64,000 nt of DNA. Source: Epithemia pelagica (Eukaryota > Protista > Bacillariophyta). The stretch spans positions 2,170,001 through 2,234,000 of the forward strand of contig OX337236.1 in the NCBI GenBank assembly GCA_946965045.2, given 5' to 3'. The translations under genes and the position numbers were made by a program. Shown in pieces: positions 22,910 to 34,723 of the stretch (positions are counted from its first letter, which is position 1; every line of letters begins with the position of its first letter). The notes under the pieces were generated by a model. The model had not been told where the DNA came from. It saw nothing but the letters and a program-made list of their open reading frames with translations, and did no database searches.

Positions 22910-24308
22910 CCCTCGGTATCAGTGTCCACTGCTTAGCTGTTTTTTGTCTGTGCCACCTTCATAGGTTCCCAAGTGGACACAGACAGAAAATTTCCTTTTT
23001 GACGCAAATGGAAATGACTAAATTGCAAATTGGCACGCATACCCAGCTGGAGTTTCGCAGTTCATGAAACTGACGCATGCCCAGCAAGCGGCCCTGCGTG
23101 GATGACGGTTGCAGAATGCGCCATCCAAATTCCAAATCCCCCATAAAATCACACAGAGGCCATCACCCACAATGGCATGGCATGAATTGTCACCTTTCAT
23201 GCAGTTGAGGTAAGTTTGAACGTACAAAAATGTCTCCATGACAACAACAGCTTTTGAACTGTCATTCTTACTTCTCCCTCACACTTGTATTCGTTTTTCT
23301 CTTCTGATATTCAACATTCGACAACTGTCTCTCTCTCTGTCCACTTCATTGAGAGTGAATGTTTGTGCCTATGGAATGTCAATTCTCCATTCGAGCCTTG
23401 GCTTAAAATTGGAGACCACATAGAGCTTCTTTCTTTGTATACTACTCCTAGGAGTTTCTATCAGAAGTTTATTTCCTATCTTATTGATTTTGTTAGATTG
23501 TGCGTGTTATTGCCGTGCTTTCAACCACCATGACACTCTGGTGAAGGTTTGGGGCCATCTTGAAGCAACTGATCGACTCTGTGATCTACGAAGACTAGTT
23601 TGAGTAGGCCTAGTGGCAACAAGCTGCCTTAGTTTGTTGTCATCTCTAGGTCTATGTACTTGAGTATCCGACACACAAAGAAAGGTTCTTGATCTGTGAT
23701 CGACATGGAGATGGACTAAGCGAAGCACAATGATGAGAGTAAAAATCCATGCTACAAAGATAAGAACACAACCAACATTAAAGGAGCACTACGATTAGAG
23801 CAAGGAAAAGTTGTGGCAAACGGCCTACAATGACTTGTCCTCCGTTTGATTGCGACAAAATCAAAGGAGCACCAACCATCAGCATTAACAGGGACAAAGA
23901 TTAATGAGATAACGTGTGAGAAAACTACGCAGGACATGAAAGAAGCTAAGAGACAAACAACAAGCAACAAGAGAGAAAAACCAACCAAAATACTGCTTCA
24001 GGTCGCAAGGCTTCATAAAGAGCTCGCTTCATGGTCAATGTCGAATGTCGATGCTTTTGACACCGCGTGAGATTTTTGTGACGAGACGAGAGTCGTGTGA
24101 AAGGATTCCAAATTTGAATCGTGGTCACGGTCAAGGGAAGATGCTAACCGCCAACTGTCACTTGCACGCCGGCATTTCCACCAGGACGAGGAACTATATT
24201 GGTGAAAAGGACAGACGAAAAGTGAAATTTTCTGTCTGTGTCCACTTGGGAACCTATGAAGGTGGCACAGACAAAAAACAGCTAAGCAGTGGACACTGAT
24301 ACCGAGGG
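22910..24308. mobile_element. Non-autonomous TIR element with 85-bp perfect TIRs
   Basis: CCCTCGGTATCAGTGTCCACT...AGAAAATTTC at 22910-22994 is the exact reverse complement of 24224-24308; interior has no intact ORF; flanks AT/TT, so the TSD is unclear. Confidence 0.9.
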
Positions 24309-24645
24309 TTGCTATTCGTTGCTCTACTCTCTAGTAGTAAAGTCTAAGCCCTTAAGTCTGACTGGTAATACGTGTCATTTAAGTGCAATCTTCCAGTGTT
24401 TACGAAGGTTCAACTTATTTAATTATTAATTATCAAATATTTCGAGCAGCTAGCAGATGCTGCTAACCTGCTAACTGCTAACCTGCTAACTGCTAAAGCC
24501 TCGTACAATACACTCCTAACTCCTACTCGTACTGGGACACCCGGCATTTTGGTTCCCCCAGGATGACTTTACCTAAACTCCTTTTGGGTAGCTAGGGCTG
24601 ATCGCTAATTTTGCGAGGGCTAGCTATTTTATTTTATGCACAATA

Positions 24646-26356
24646 CAAGCTGGCTTCACGAGCGACCTGCCTAGTGTATTACAGTACAAATACTGTAGTG
24701 ACAATTTTAAACATAAACAATTATAGTAATCATCTATGCCCCTTTGCTTATCGACCATGACGACAGCAAATTTGGGGAAACAATAAACGATGCCGTTCAA
24801 ACCAGGAAGACCATGAGTCACCGCGCTTGGCGCTCACGTCGATTGTCGAGTGCGGACCCGACCGATACACAAGCGGCCCCTGTTCCCCAATCTCCACCGA
24901 CGCAGCTGATTCAGCCATTGTTGCGGACACCGATGGCACCCAATCGAATGCATCCCACCACGTCGATTGGAGGCATGATCATGATGGGTCTTGCCCCCAC
25001 CATCAAGTGACACCCGATATCCCCAAGACCATTGACAACTCGGACCTGGAACCACATCGCGACAGTGATGATAATCACACTCTCATGCAGCCAATTCCAA
25101 ATACAAGACAAACGCCAGTGGTGGACAATGATCAAGTGGATGTCACCTTTGGATGTGGAACCAACTTGTTGTCGACCGGATTCATATCGCAAAGCAAGGA
25201 TCCTGTGGTACGAGACTTGTTTCTTCCCTTTCCCCGAACCAGCAATGGTACCAATCACCAAACGATCAGTGGTATTCTTCTTCCCAACCAGCCGAACAAT
25301 CGACGAACGCAGTCTCATCCACAATCCACTACTCCCATCCAAACCATCCACTCCTTGAACGACCATTTCGGGACGAGTCAATACGACACCAGGAAGTACG
25401 ACCAGCACACTGGCGCCGGTCCTGCAGCCCATTTTGTCCTTTGATTCCACCATCAACTTTCGTACCGGCCTGTCTGGACACAGTGGGTTGGCAGTCTCCT
25501 CTTTGAAAAAGAACAAGCCCCATTATTCTCCTCAAGCATCCAATCACCACCATGCAACCAACAGCAACAACCTACCGAGTACTACTCCTAGAGTTTGGGG
25601 TTTTGATTGCGGTAGTTCGTGTTCCTGGTTGGTAGCGGATAATCATTCGTATATATAGTACTGTTCATTTATGATTCCTTCCAAACTGCCAGCGTATCCT
25701 AGGCAGACTGTTTCATCTCCAATCTCCAGGCCAGGCATGTGTGTCTCCAATCTCCAGGCCAGGCATGTGTGCAAATCTCTACCAGGGATGTAAACGTAAG
25801 AGCTGATGTTACTAATCGTTCTAATAGGTATTAGGTGGACTACATTGTGAAGAAGAGATCCTGGTTTGGGAAATTGGTTGTCATACACTCAAGTGCTGCG
25901 TTGAGGACGAGGCTACAGTCTCTCACACAGCTGGGGGGACAAACGAGGCAGCGGACGAGGCGAGAGCTTCTCACACAGCCGGGGAGACAAACGAGGCAGC
26001 GGACGAGGCGACCACAGAACAGTGCACAACGTGAAGCACTGCTATTTCCCGAGATACAGGCACCGCGTACGTGATGTTTTTGGATAATCTGTTTATGTTA
26101 TACCTATGCTATCGATCTGGCGCTTTGCATCACGTACCAGCGGCATGTGACGGCTATGGTGACCGGAAGCGGTTGCATTTGTTTTTGTTTTCGTATATCA
26201 TCACGAAATTATGTGAGGAACAGGAAAACCTCAACGCGTCCGCACCGCTAGATTACTATGAAATGATATGTACCAGAGAAAAGGGAGTAATTACAAAATT
26301 TGTACACAATTTTTGTACTGTAATACAATAGGTATGCGAGGCGCGAAGCCAGCTTG
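24646..26356. mobile_element. Non-autonomous Tc1/mariner-like element (TA TSD)
   Basis: TA|CAAGCTGGCTTC...GAAGCCAGCTTG|TA, plus a conserved inverted GTATTACAGTACAAA further in; interior has tandem duplications of 28 bp (25716-25771) and 48-bp period (25921-26010). Confidence 0.8.
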
Positions 26357-26732
26357 TAGGGTTCGGGTCAAAGACACGTGTGCAAGACCAAACGAATCGT
26401 TAATTAGTCGTTTTTGTGTCACATCTGAGTCTTGTATTATGACGATCGCTAAAGCTTTCTCGTTTTGAGTCGTCATCCATAAATGAGGAAGATCCATCAT
26501 CCACACCTGGTTGTTGCCGGGAAACTGAAGCCAAGAAGCCCTTGACATCCTCAGTTATCAGAGGTAACAAGCGTCAACAAGGGAAAAAGAAAGTGGGCGG
26601 GTGCATCGATTATCGCTGGAGTCGTCGCATTTCGTCTCGGTCGACGGTTGATTTGGTCTTCCGAACGAAATACGCTAGCAAAAACAGAGCAACCAAATTC
26701 ATCAAGACTCACGATTGCCGTCCATGTAGAGA

Positions 26733-29700
26733 ATGACGCCCCCAGAAGTCGATCTCTCACCCGTTGCGTCGTCGTCTTCTTCTTCTTCACAACAACAGCA
26801 ACAACAACAACAAGCCCACAAACAAGAAGAAACGGTTAGAGATTCACATCAAGACGTCGAACAACAAGACATGGTGCAACAAGAAGCGGAACAACAGAAC
26901 GAAGACGTTTGTGGAAACGAAAATGTTGTCAAGTCAGCCTCCCTCAACAAGAACGACAGTGAGGATGTGCCGTCAAATAACGAAGCATCGGATGAAGGTC
27001 AATTGTTGGGTTTGAAACAGGAAGAGGAAACCATCAGAAGCAAAAGAAAGACTCGTCATATCCGCCTTTGGCCTTTGGCGCCCGCAACAGAGAGCACTGT
27101 ACCTGATACTTCCAGAGTATCAGAAACACAACCAGTACAATTGCCATCTCTTGCGCATCGTCGTTTCGCCGCTCCAAATCCCCCTCCCCATTTGAATGGT
27201 GTCACGAAAGGGATTGTGAACAATCACAAGCAAGGAGGCGGTGGTTTGTTTAGTCGAACCACCGAGCTGGAGAAGTTGGTGCAATTGGCTGAAGCCGCAG
27301 GGTGTGGTAGTCGTTCGATAGAATTCACAGGGCCTACGGACAGGGCTTCAACATATCCAGCAGCTTGTTTAGTCCACGGATCTAGTGGAAGTGGCAAAAC
27401 CGCACTTTGCCAAAACCTCCCAAAGGCCCTGCGACTGACGAGTTCAGAAAAAAAGTCTGTTCCAGATACCTCGTCGTCGTCTCCGTCGCAATCATCATCT
27501 TCGCTTCCACCCGGAGCGCAAAATGATCAACAACCCATTTTCATAGAAGGCAAATTTGATCAATATGTCGGTGTATCGAAGAGTTATTCGGTCATCATCG
27601 ATGCTTTCGACAAACTGGGGCTCGAATTGCGAAAACTCATCAAGCAAGAGAAAATAGGAGAGCGCACGCAACGCCATCTCAACAGTCCACATAGTGCGAC
27701 AGCAACAACATCCACTGAATCCTTGCTCTCGCATTCACCTCACCACTCGGGAACTACAACTGTTGGAGGACATGGTAGTCGCCGTCGCCCCACATCTGCA
27801 TCCTTTACCAGTGTACAGGCATGTGTGGAACAAGCACTGTCCTACAAAGGGAACATGTTGGCCCAAATTATCCCGAGTTTACGGTCCTTTGATGACGCCT
27901 CGGAGGTGGCCGCCACGTCTTCAGATGCTCTCATGTTGGCTCACGAACGGTTCGTCGTGGCCATTATTTACTTTTTGCAAATTATATGCACCCATGTTCG
28001 ACCAGTGATTTTGTTCTTGGACGATTGGCAATGGTCCGATGAACCATCACGGCAGCTACTTCTTGCTCTCATGGAGCGTCAGCAAGCCACATCACCAAGA
28101 GGAGGAGAAAATCGCCCACCAATGTCACCGCCACCACGACACATGCGCCGACAGCCAGCAAGAGCAGCAATCGCATTGCACAATTTTTCTTGCTGGGAGC
28201 CTACCGGGACGACGAGCCGCATTACATGGAAGCAATGCAACCATTCTTGGGCAATCATGAATCGTCCATACCACAGACACCATCTGGTTCAACCCTGAAC
28301 ACACCAACATCACACGCTCCCTCAATGGGTAATCAACCATCAACGGATCTAGTGTACCAAATACACGTCCAAGGAATGGATTTGGCATCTCTTCAGCAGT
28401 GGTTGTCGGTTTTTTTGCAACGATCCTCGGCTCCAACGAAACAAATTGACAAGAATGGACGTGATGAAGGTATTGGCAAAAGTGCACCGCCGAATGGAGG
28501 AAATAGCGACCATGAAGATCTTCAGTTGGAATCTTTGGCATGGTTGGTTCATCGGAAAACTAGTGGCAATCCTTACTTCGTATTGCAGCTGATGAATCAA
28601 CTTGAAGAAACCAATGTGCTCTCATACAATTTTCTCAAAGGACATTGGGAATGGGACATGAATCAAGTTGAATCCAGTACCAAATTGGCCGACAACGTTG
28701 TTGACGTTGTAAAACTTCGGATTCATTCGTCTCTCCCACTTTTGTCAAGACATATATTGAAACTCGCTGCTTGTTTGGGATACTTTGTTGATCTTCGAGT
28801 TCTAGAATCTCTTGTTCGGCTTATGGTATTACCAGGGGAGATGAAGGGGGAAGACAGCAGACCGCAATCGGAGGAGGATAACCAAGTCAAAAATGACAAA
28901 ATCAACGGCGTGAAAACGAGCAGTGCCCAGCCGACCCCGTTTGTAACTCGTCAAATGTTTCAGTCGGTCATTGACGAAGCTGTCAATGACGCCTTGATTG
29001 AACACGTAGGAGGTGGAATCATCAAGTTCTCACATGACCGCATCCAGCAATGTCTTTATAAGCTGATTGAAACCAACGACGCAAGGGAACAAATGCATTT
29101 TGACATTGGACAGCATCTCAAACATCGGCACCAAAATTATGCTCCTAGCAGCACGGGCAGCAATATAACTAGTGCGTCGTCGGCTGCCGAAGAAGACACC
29201 GATAGCGATGAAGCACGATATCTATTCCTGTCTGTGGATCAGTTAAATCGCGCACCCAGTCTTGTGGCGATGGAACAAAGTCGAATGCTTGATTTGATAC
29301 AACTAAACTTGGATGCCTCGGAAGTTGCCAAACGACGAGGTGCCATCGAAAGTGCCTCATCGTTTTTGCACAAGGCCATGAAACTCGTACAACCACATTT
29401 CTGGCTTTATCATTATAGCACAATTCTCGAAGTACACAACGCATTGGCTGAAATGGAGTTTTCCCTGGGTCGCATCGAAACCAGTGAAGCCATAGTACAA
29501 CAAATTCATGAACATGCTGTCAGAGATCACGACAAGGTTAGAGCCGATATGGTTACCTTTCAGATTTTGGGTATGCAAGCAAAGTTTGCCGAAGCACTGC
29601 GCATGGGACGTCAGATCTTGGCCAACTTGGGAGAACCTGTGCCCAAGGCCACGATATGGAATATACTGAAAGAATACTTCCAGACGCGGCGTATGACGAA

Positions 29701-31155
29701 GAACCAATCAGACGAGTACTTTATCAAGCTTCCCCCGACCAACTCATTTCGGGTACAAACGATTCTCAAAATCTTCAAAGTTGGTGCGGTCTACGCCTAT
29801 AATCTGAACGTTCCAGATGCCGGTATTTTTTGTTTGAGAGGCATGCAAGTGTCAATGCGGGAAGGTTGGACAGAATGTACACCTAATATGTATTCGGGTT
29901 TTGGCTTCTTGCAGAGCAATTTTGGTCAGGGCAATGATGGTTATCGATTTTGTCAGCTAGCTCTATCCAAAAGCTTTGACAAAAAGATCTACCCCACTGT
30001 TGTGCCGTATTCCTACTGTTTGGTGTTACATCACCAGTTGCCTCTCAATGTGGGTATTGAGCCTCTTCTCTCTGGATATCGGGTAGGATTGGAGACAGGG
30101 GATATGTTTTTTGGAACCATATGCATTGCTTGTTATATTGTCCTCTACTTACAATGTGGGCTTCCTCTAAAGCCATTCATTGCAGATCAACGCAATTTTT
30201 GCTCCCAACTCAAGATCTGTCGACAAGATATCCCCTTCGCCTTTATCTGTCCCTGTCTACAGTTAGCCCTGAACTTGACGGGTCAAAGTGATGATGTGCG
30301 CGACCTTTCACGAGACTCCATCAAACGAAACCAAGAATATTTTAGTGAAAATGTCCTGGCAGTGGAGGAACATCAGCCAGTGTTGTATATGTGGTACTTG
30401 CAAGTCTTTAACAGCTTCCTACTCGAAGACTTGAATACAGTCGAGACTGTGCTGAAGCGTATCCATAAGCGGAAGGAGACTCGTTTGGAGGCGACCCACA
30501 TTCTCAACTACTTTTCGAATTTATGGATGGATTGGCAGGAATGCGATTATGGGAGAGAAGACAGTGTCGTTTCGGTCGGACGGTAGCAAAACGAGCTTTG
30601 AAGACGTTACGGCAGTTTTGCAAGACTCGTCCTATCAACGTGATCTCCCTCGTGACATGCTTAGAAGCGGAGCAAATGGGGATCGAGTATTTGTCGTCCA
30701 TTGCAACACGCAAAAAGTCGCAAATGTCACCCGAACAAGTTTGCGAAACTTACAACTCGGCGATTGCACAATTCCTGCGATTAGGAACAAACCACTATGG
30801 CGCGATTGCGAATGAACTCGCTGGCAAATTCTTCTTAAAGCTCAAGGATGACTATTGGGCAGAGCATTATCTCTCTGAATCATGCCGTTTGTACATGGAG
30901 TGGGACGCTGTGACTAAAGTGGAACAAATGGCTTCAGATTACAGTTCGCACTTGGAAGCAAGCGTTCGGGAAACAATGAACCTCAAAGTCCATAAACAAA
31001 ACAGTTATGTGGTACAAGGTAGGTCTCGGTTCAATGCCAAGACCGATTCTCTTATTCATTCTACTCGACAGTCCTCCTCGACTGAATTCCTGTCTACCAA
31101 CAATGGTGGCCGAAACAGTACGAGCTCAAGTGGTGATGGGGCAAACGTGACTTAA
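26733..31155 (+). CDS. STAND/AAA_16-type P-loop NTPase with helical (TPR-like) C-terminus; three ORFs joined by two single-base frameshifts
   Basis: Walker A GSSGSGKT, FIEGKFDQ, Walker B ILFLDDWQW, LGAYRDDE, TSGNPYF, FSHDRIQQ and C-terminal AIANELAG...WDAVTKV match the bacterial-type predicted-ATPase family expanded in diatoms. Adding one A at GAAAAT (~28109) and one T at TACTTTT (~30512) restores a single frame. Confidence 0.88.
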
Positions 31156-32211
31156 AACATGTCCAACCGCGTGTGAAGATTTAAATCTTCACCCGAATCT
31201 CAAGCTAGCTACGCACTTACCAAACTACGCTTCAACATTTTCATTTTGCCACAGTGCTTTAGGACCGCAGCAGTTTAGAACAGTTGTAGATGGCGGTAGG
31301 CTCTGGCCTTCTTATCAATGGAAAGCTGAGCAGAAGCATATCTTCTAGGAGTAGTGAGTAGTCACTGCCTACTTTACAGCTCGGTCCCTGCCGATCACCC
31401 AAATGGGGCATTCACTTGAAAACTTGAGATTGTGTACAGCGTCCACATCCGCACGTTTTTTCTCAGTGGGGAGGTGTAGTAGGGGGGATCTTCTAGCCCA
31501 CTTCGGCATTCAGGATTTGTTATGGGATAACACCTCACACAACACGTGCACCTCAGTCCGGGTCCACGATCACTAACTTTGCCCGAAAGACAGGACAACA
31601 AGACTGGCTACTAAGGTTAGGAAGAGTTGCTATCATTGTTATTAGTTCTGTTGCTCCATTCTTTGTTATCTACTCATAGAAATATTCTGTCTCGACTGGT
31701 TGTGGTTGTCCATTCTGTCCAAAATCGAACTCTTCCCTCTTCCCTATGATGTTGCCTCATTATTTATGTCTGGTCTCTAGTGTTTCTCGTGTCGCTCTTG
31801 TATCATCTGCTGCACCTATCTGAAACCTGAAGAAGGATGGTTCGTGGTGCTGTTTACTGGTGAAACCTTGCTACTTGCACCTTTGCACCATCTATGTCTA
31901 CCGTCTTATATCTTCATCTACTCTCAACAAAGTTCATAGACACTGCCGTGTCAAGTAGTAAGTTGTTGCCATTTGCCATGATGTCATGGCACCGTATCTC
32001 GGGAAAGATCATTGGCTTAGAGTGCTGCTCACCATTCCTCTTCACACTTCACAACCTCCCGTAGGTACTCCCTGTAACCATGGCACAGTGTCGAGTCGGG
32101 AAATGAAAAAGGGAAGCGAAAACAAAAAAAGAGAATGAAGATATGTACACAATGTGCAACATCATGCAGCAATGCTGTTTATAGATATAGTCTCGATTGC
32201 TATAGCGATTT

Positions 32212-32358
32212 CAAGAAACGACCTCGTTGCTGGATGAAATATCGTCCAAAACAAAGAAGTGTCTACTTTATCTACCAACAACAGAAGCGACTGGCGAGGG
32301 GCTACGGCTCGCCGACAGATAGCTAGATCGCCCAAATTCCGCCCACTACCGCGACCAT
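32212..32358 (+). repeat. 147-bp direct repeat, copy 1 (copy 2 at 49998-50144)
   Basis: CAAGAAACGACCTCGTTGCTGG...CCGCGACCAT reads identically at both sites. Confidence 0.9.
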
Positions 32359-33136
32359 TTCTCGGTCCCCTCGCGATTCTATCGTCCACTGACAAGGTGA
32401 TCGTGCCTCTAGTTCTCCTTCTTAAGCACCAAATAAACCACCTTTGTCATCGCATCGTGATCAAACAACTCACAAAGTACATGGGGAAGTATGTAATGCA
32501 TAGCCAGAGCCAACAATCAAATACATGGGTCGAGTCCAAATGGATCTTGTTCAGGCAATTGCATGAGAACAACCAAACCATGACTCTGACCCTCGTGCTC
32601 TCCCATATCCGATCACAAATTTCATACTCCTGGTAGTGGCACTCAAGCCAATCTCATACTCCTGGTGGTTCCGCTCATTACGTACATCCACCAATCAAAC
32701 TTCATTCTCTTTGGTGGTTCCGTTCCACACGTACATCCACCAACACAACACTGTATCTGACTTTGTGGTTCAACCAATCCAACGGTCTAATCCACAATAT
32801 GCATCTCTCCTGATGGAAAACAACATAGAAAAACCATCTCAATCTCTCTGTGGTTCGGCAAGACCATTTTGCTGCTTACTCCACAGTTCCATACATCACT
32901 CGACCCTATTTTGGAGCCAAATTCATTCAACAGATCCAGAAATAGGGGCTCAAAGAACCATTTTAGCTCTCAGGTTGAATACTGTTGTGTCCATGGAAAC
33001 CAGGGCCATTTTCAGCCTTTAATTCCTTCGAGACACCTTTTAGCTTCATTTTGTCCTGCTGAAATCTCAGAAACGGACCATCATTTTTCAAACATGGCAT
33101 TCTTACGGACGCCAACACGCACAATTTCTCGTCCAC

Positions 33137-33929
33137 TAGTAGAACTCTCACCGAAAATCATCGGTTAGGTTCGGCACCTCATCGGTTAGTCGAGTCCCGT
33201 GGCTTCAAACATCACCTACATCACCTACATTTCAAACATCACCTACATCACCTACATCCACACTTCATACCTAGCTTTGCGCTAGCTCAACATATATTTC
33301 GGTCGCATATACCAAAAAGTGAGAACAGATTGACGAACGTGCTATCAAGAATCAACTTTGGTCTTGATATCCCATCAACGGACGATCATCCGTTGAACAT
33401 CCGAGCCTGACCTGTGCCCTAAGCGTGCGCGCCCAAATTCGTCAAGACGCGCGCAAGAACTATCCGAGCGTTGCGACCATGTATCCGACCCAACGGTATA
33501 AGTACACAAGGCACGAATCACGATCACGCGAGACCATATCATCGTTCCCACTATTTCAAGATTGCAAACAAGGACGCGCCAACAAAACTACATATACCAA
33601 CTTTAGCCAAGAATCGTTGAGGCTGTATATGATATACAAGCACATATACATGTTATATACCTCACATACATCAACTCCAACCATTCCAGTCCTATCACCG
33701 CCAAGAACCTATTTCACACGATCGACAACAAGAATGGAAACCTCACACACCAAACCTAGTAGTAAGCTCACAATCATTAACATTACCATATCATCACGTC
33801 TTCAGTGTCCTGACTATCCCTACGATAGAGCCCTTGGGTTTCCTTTGTTCTCTGACCCGTGGAGAACCTTGGTATCAGTTGGTAATCGATTGTGGCTCTT
33901 CTAGAGCGTGTATTGATGAATCTCTACTA
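33137..33929 (+). repeat. 5' LTR of element 1 (793 bp)
   Basis: Matches 40165-40641 plus 46754-47042 except for 2 substitutions and a 27-bp tandem duplication. Confidence 0.97.
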
Positions 33930-33944
33930 GATTAACAGTCTCAC
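33930..33944 (+). promoter_or_regulatory. Primer-binding site GATTAACAGTCTCAC of element 1, likely complementary to a tRNA-Asn(GUU) anticodon arm
   Basis: Directly abuts the LTR and is identical in element 2 (46025-46039), whose downstream sequence diverges. Reverse complement GTGAGA-CTGTTAA-TC contains a GUU anticodon loop. Confidence 0.75.
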
Positions 33945-34723
33945 CTGTCTCATTTCCCCGAAGTTTTCATGTCCAGTGAACCCAATACTCCTGTCCGTCG
34001 GATCTACAACGCTTTCCAGCAGAGTGTTGACCCAACACAGCAGATTGCCGTCCACCCTGGCGAATTCCTCATCGAGACGCCCTCTAACTCCCCGGAGATG
34101 GCTAGCGCGCCTAATCCGTTCCAGACTCCCGATCAAGTCGTCCCTCCGTATCCGACCCGAATCGCCCGCCGAACACCCTTGCACACCGACCGAGTACACC
34201 TCCTCCATCAGGCTGCCTTCGGGTACGCTTCCTTACTTTCCAGCGTCCGGTCAATTACTTCCATACCATTTGGGTCGTGAACAAGACTAACCAACCTCTT
34301 CCTACCTTGACTACCCGTCTCGACGACGACGTTGGTTTCATCCACGTTATCAAGTTGCACCAGGACTTCCGTGCCACTATCTTCCCTCTACTCACCCAAC
34401 CAGTGAACCACCTAGTTGAGGACCACAACGGCAACGAAGAAGCTACCTCTGTTACTGAGTCTCCGATTCAACTTGATTACCACAACGAGCCCAGAAGTGA
34501 CCACGTTTAAGTAAATTAAAGTAGTTTTCACACCAAACCAGAGACAAGACCGAGTTCCGCACCTCCGGGTTACCTTTCGGACATCACATCACACGTGGAC
34601 ATATGTGGCACATCCGGGTTCGCAAGGCACACCACACATCCGGGTTACAAAACATAACTAAAGTTTTCGACTAAGACATCACAGGACACATATCAACATA
34701 TCTTATCACCAAGTCAAGCAATC

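Noticed and set aside
24461-24496. TGCTAAC/TGCTAACC tandem repeat as interstitial telomere or CRISPR-like array
   Set aside because: Five short units without spacers; not the TTAGGG-type repeat; an ordinary microsatellite. No CRISPR array was seen anywhere in the window.
28078-28154. A GT..AG intron that would also repair the first STAND frameshift
   Set aside because: Phase-compatible, but weak donor (GTCAGC) and no branch or pyrimidine signal; a one-base loss in an A run is simpler. RNA-seq would decide.
32290-32327. Helitron-like 3' end (GGCGAG/CTCGCC hairpin then CTAG) in the 147-bp repeat
   Set aside because: CTAG is followed by A, not T, and identity between the two copies continues about 30 nt past it.
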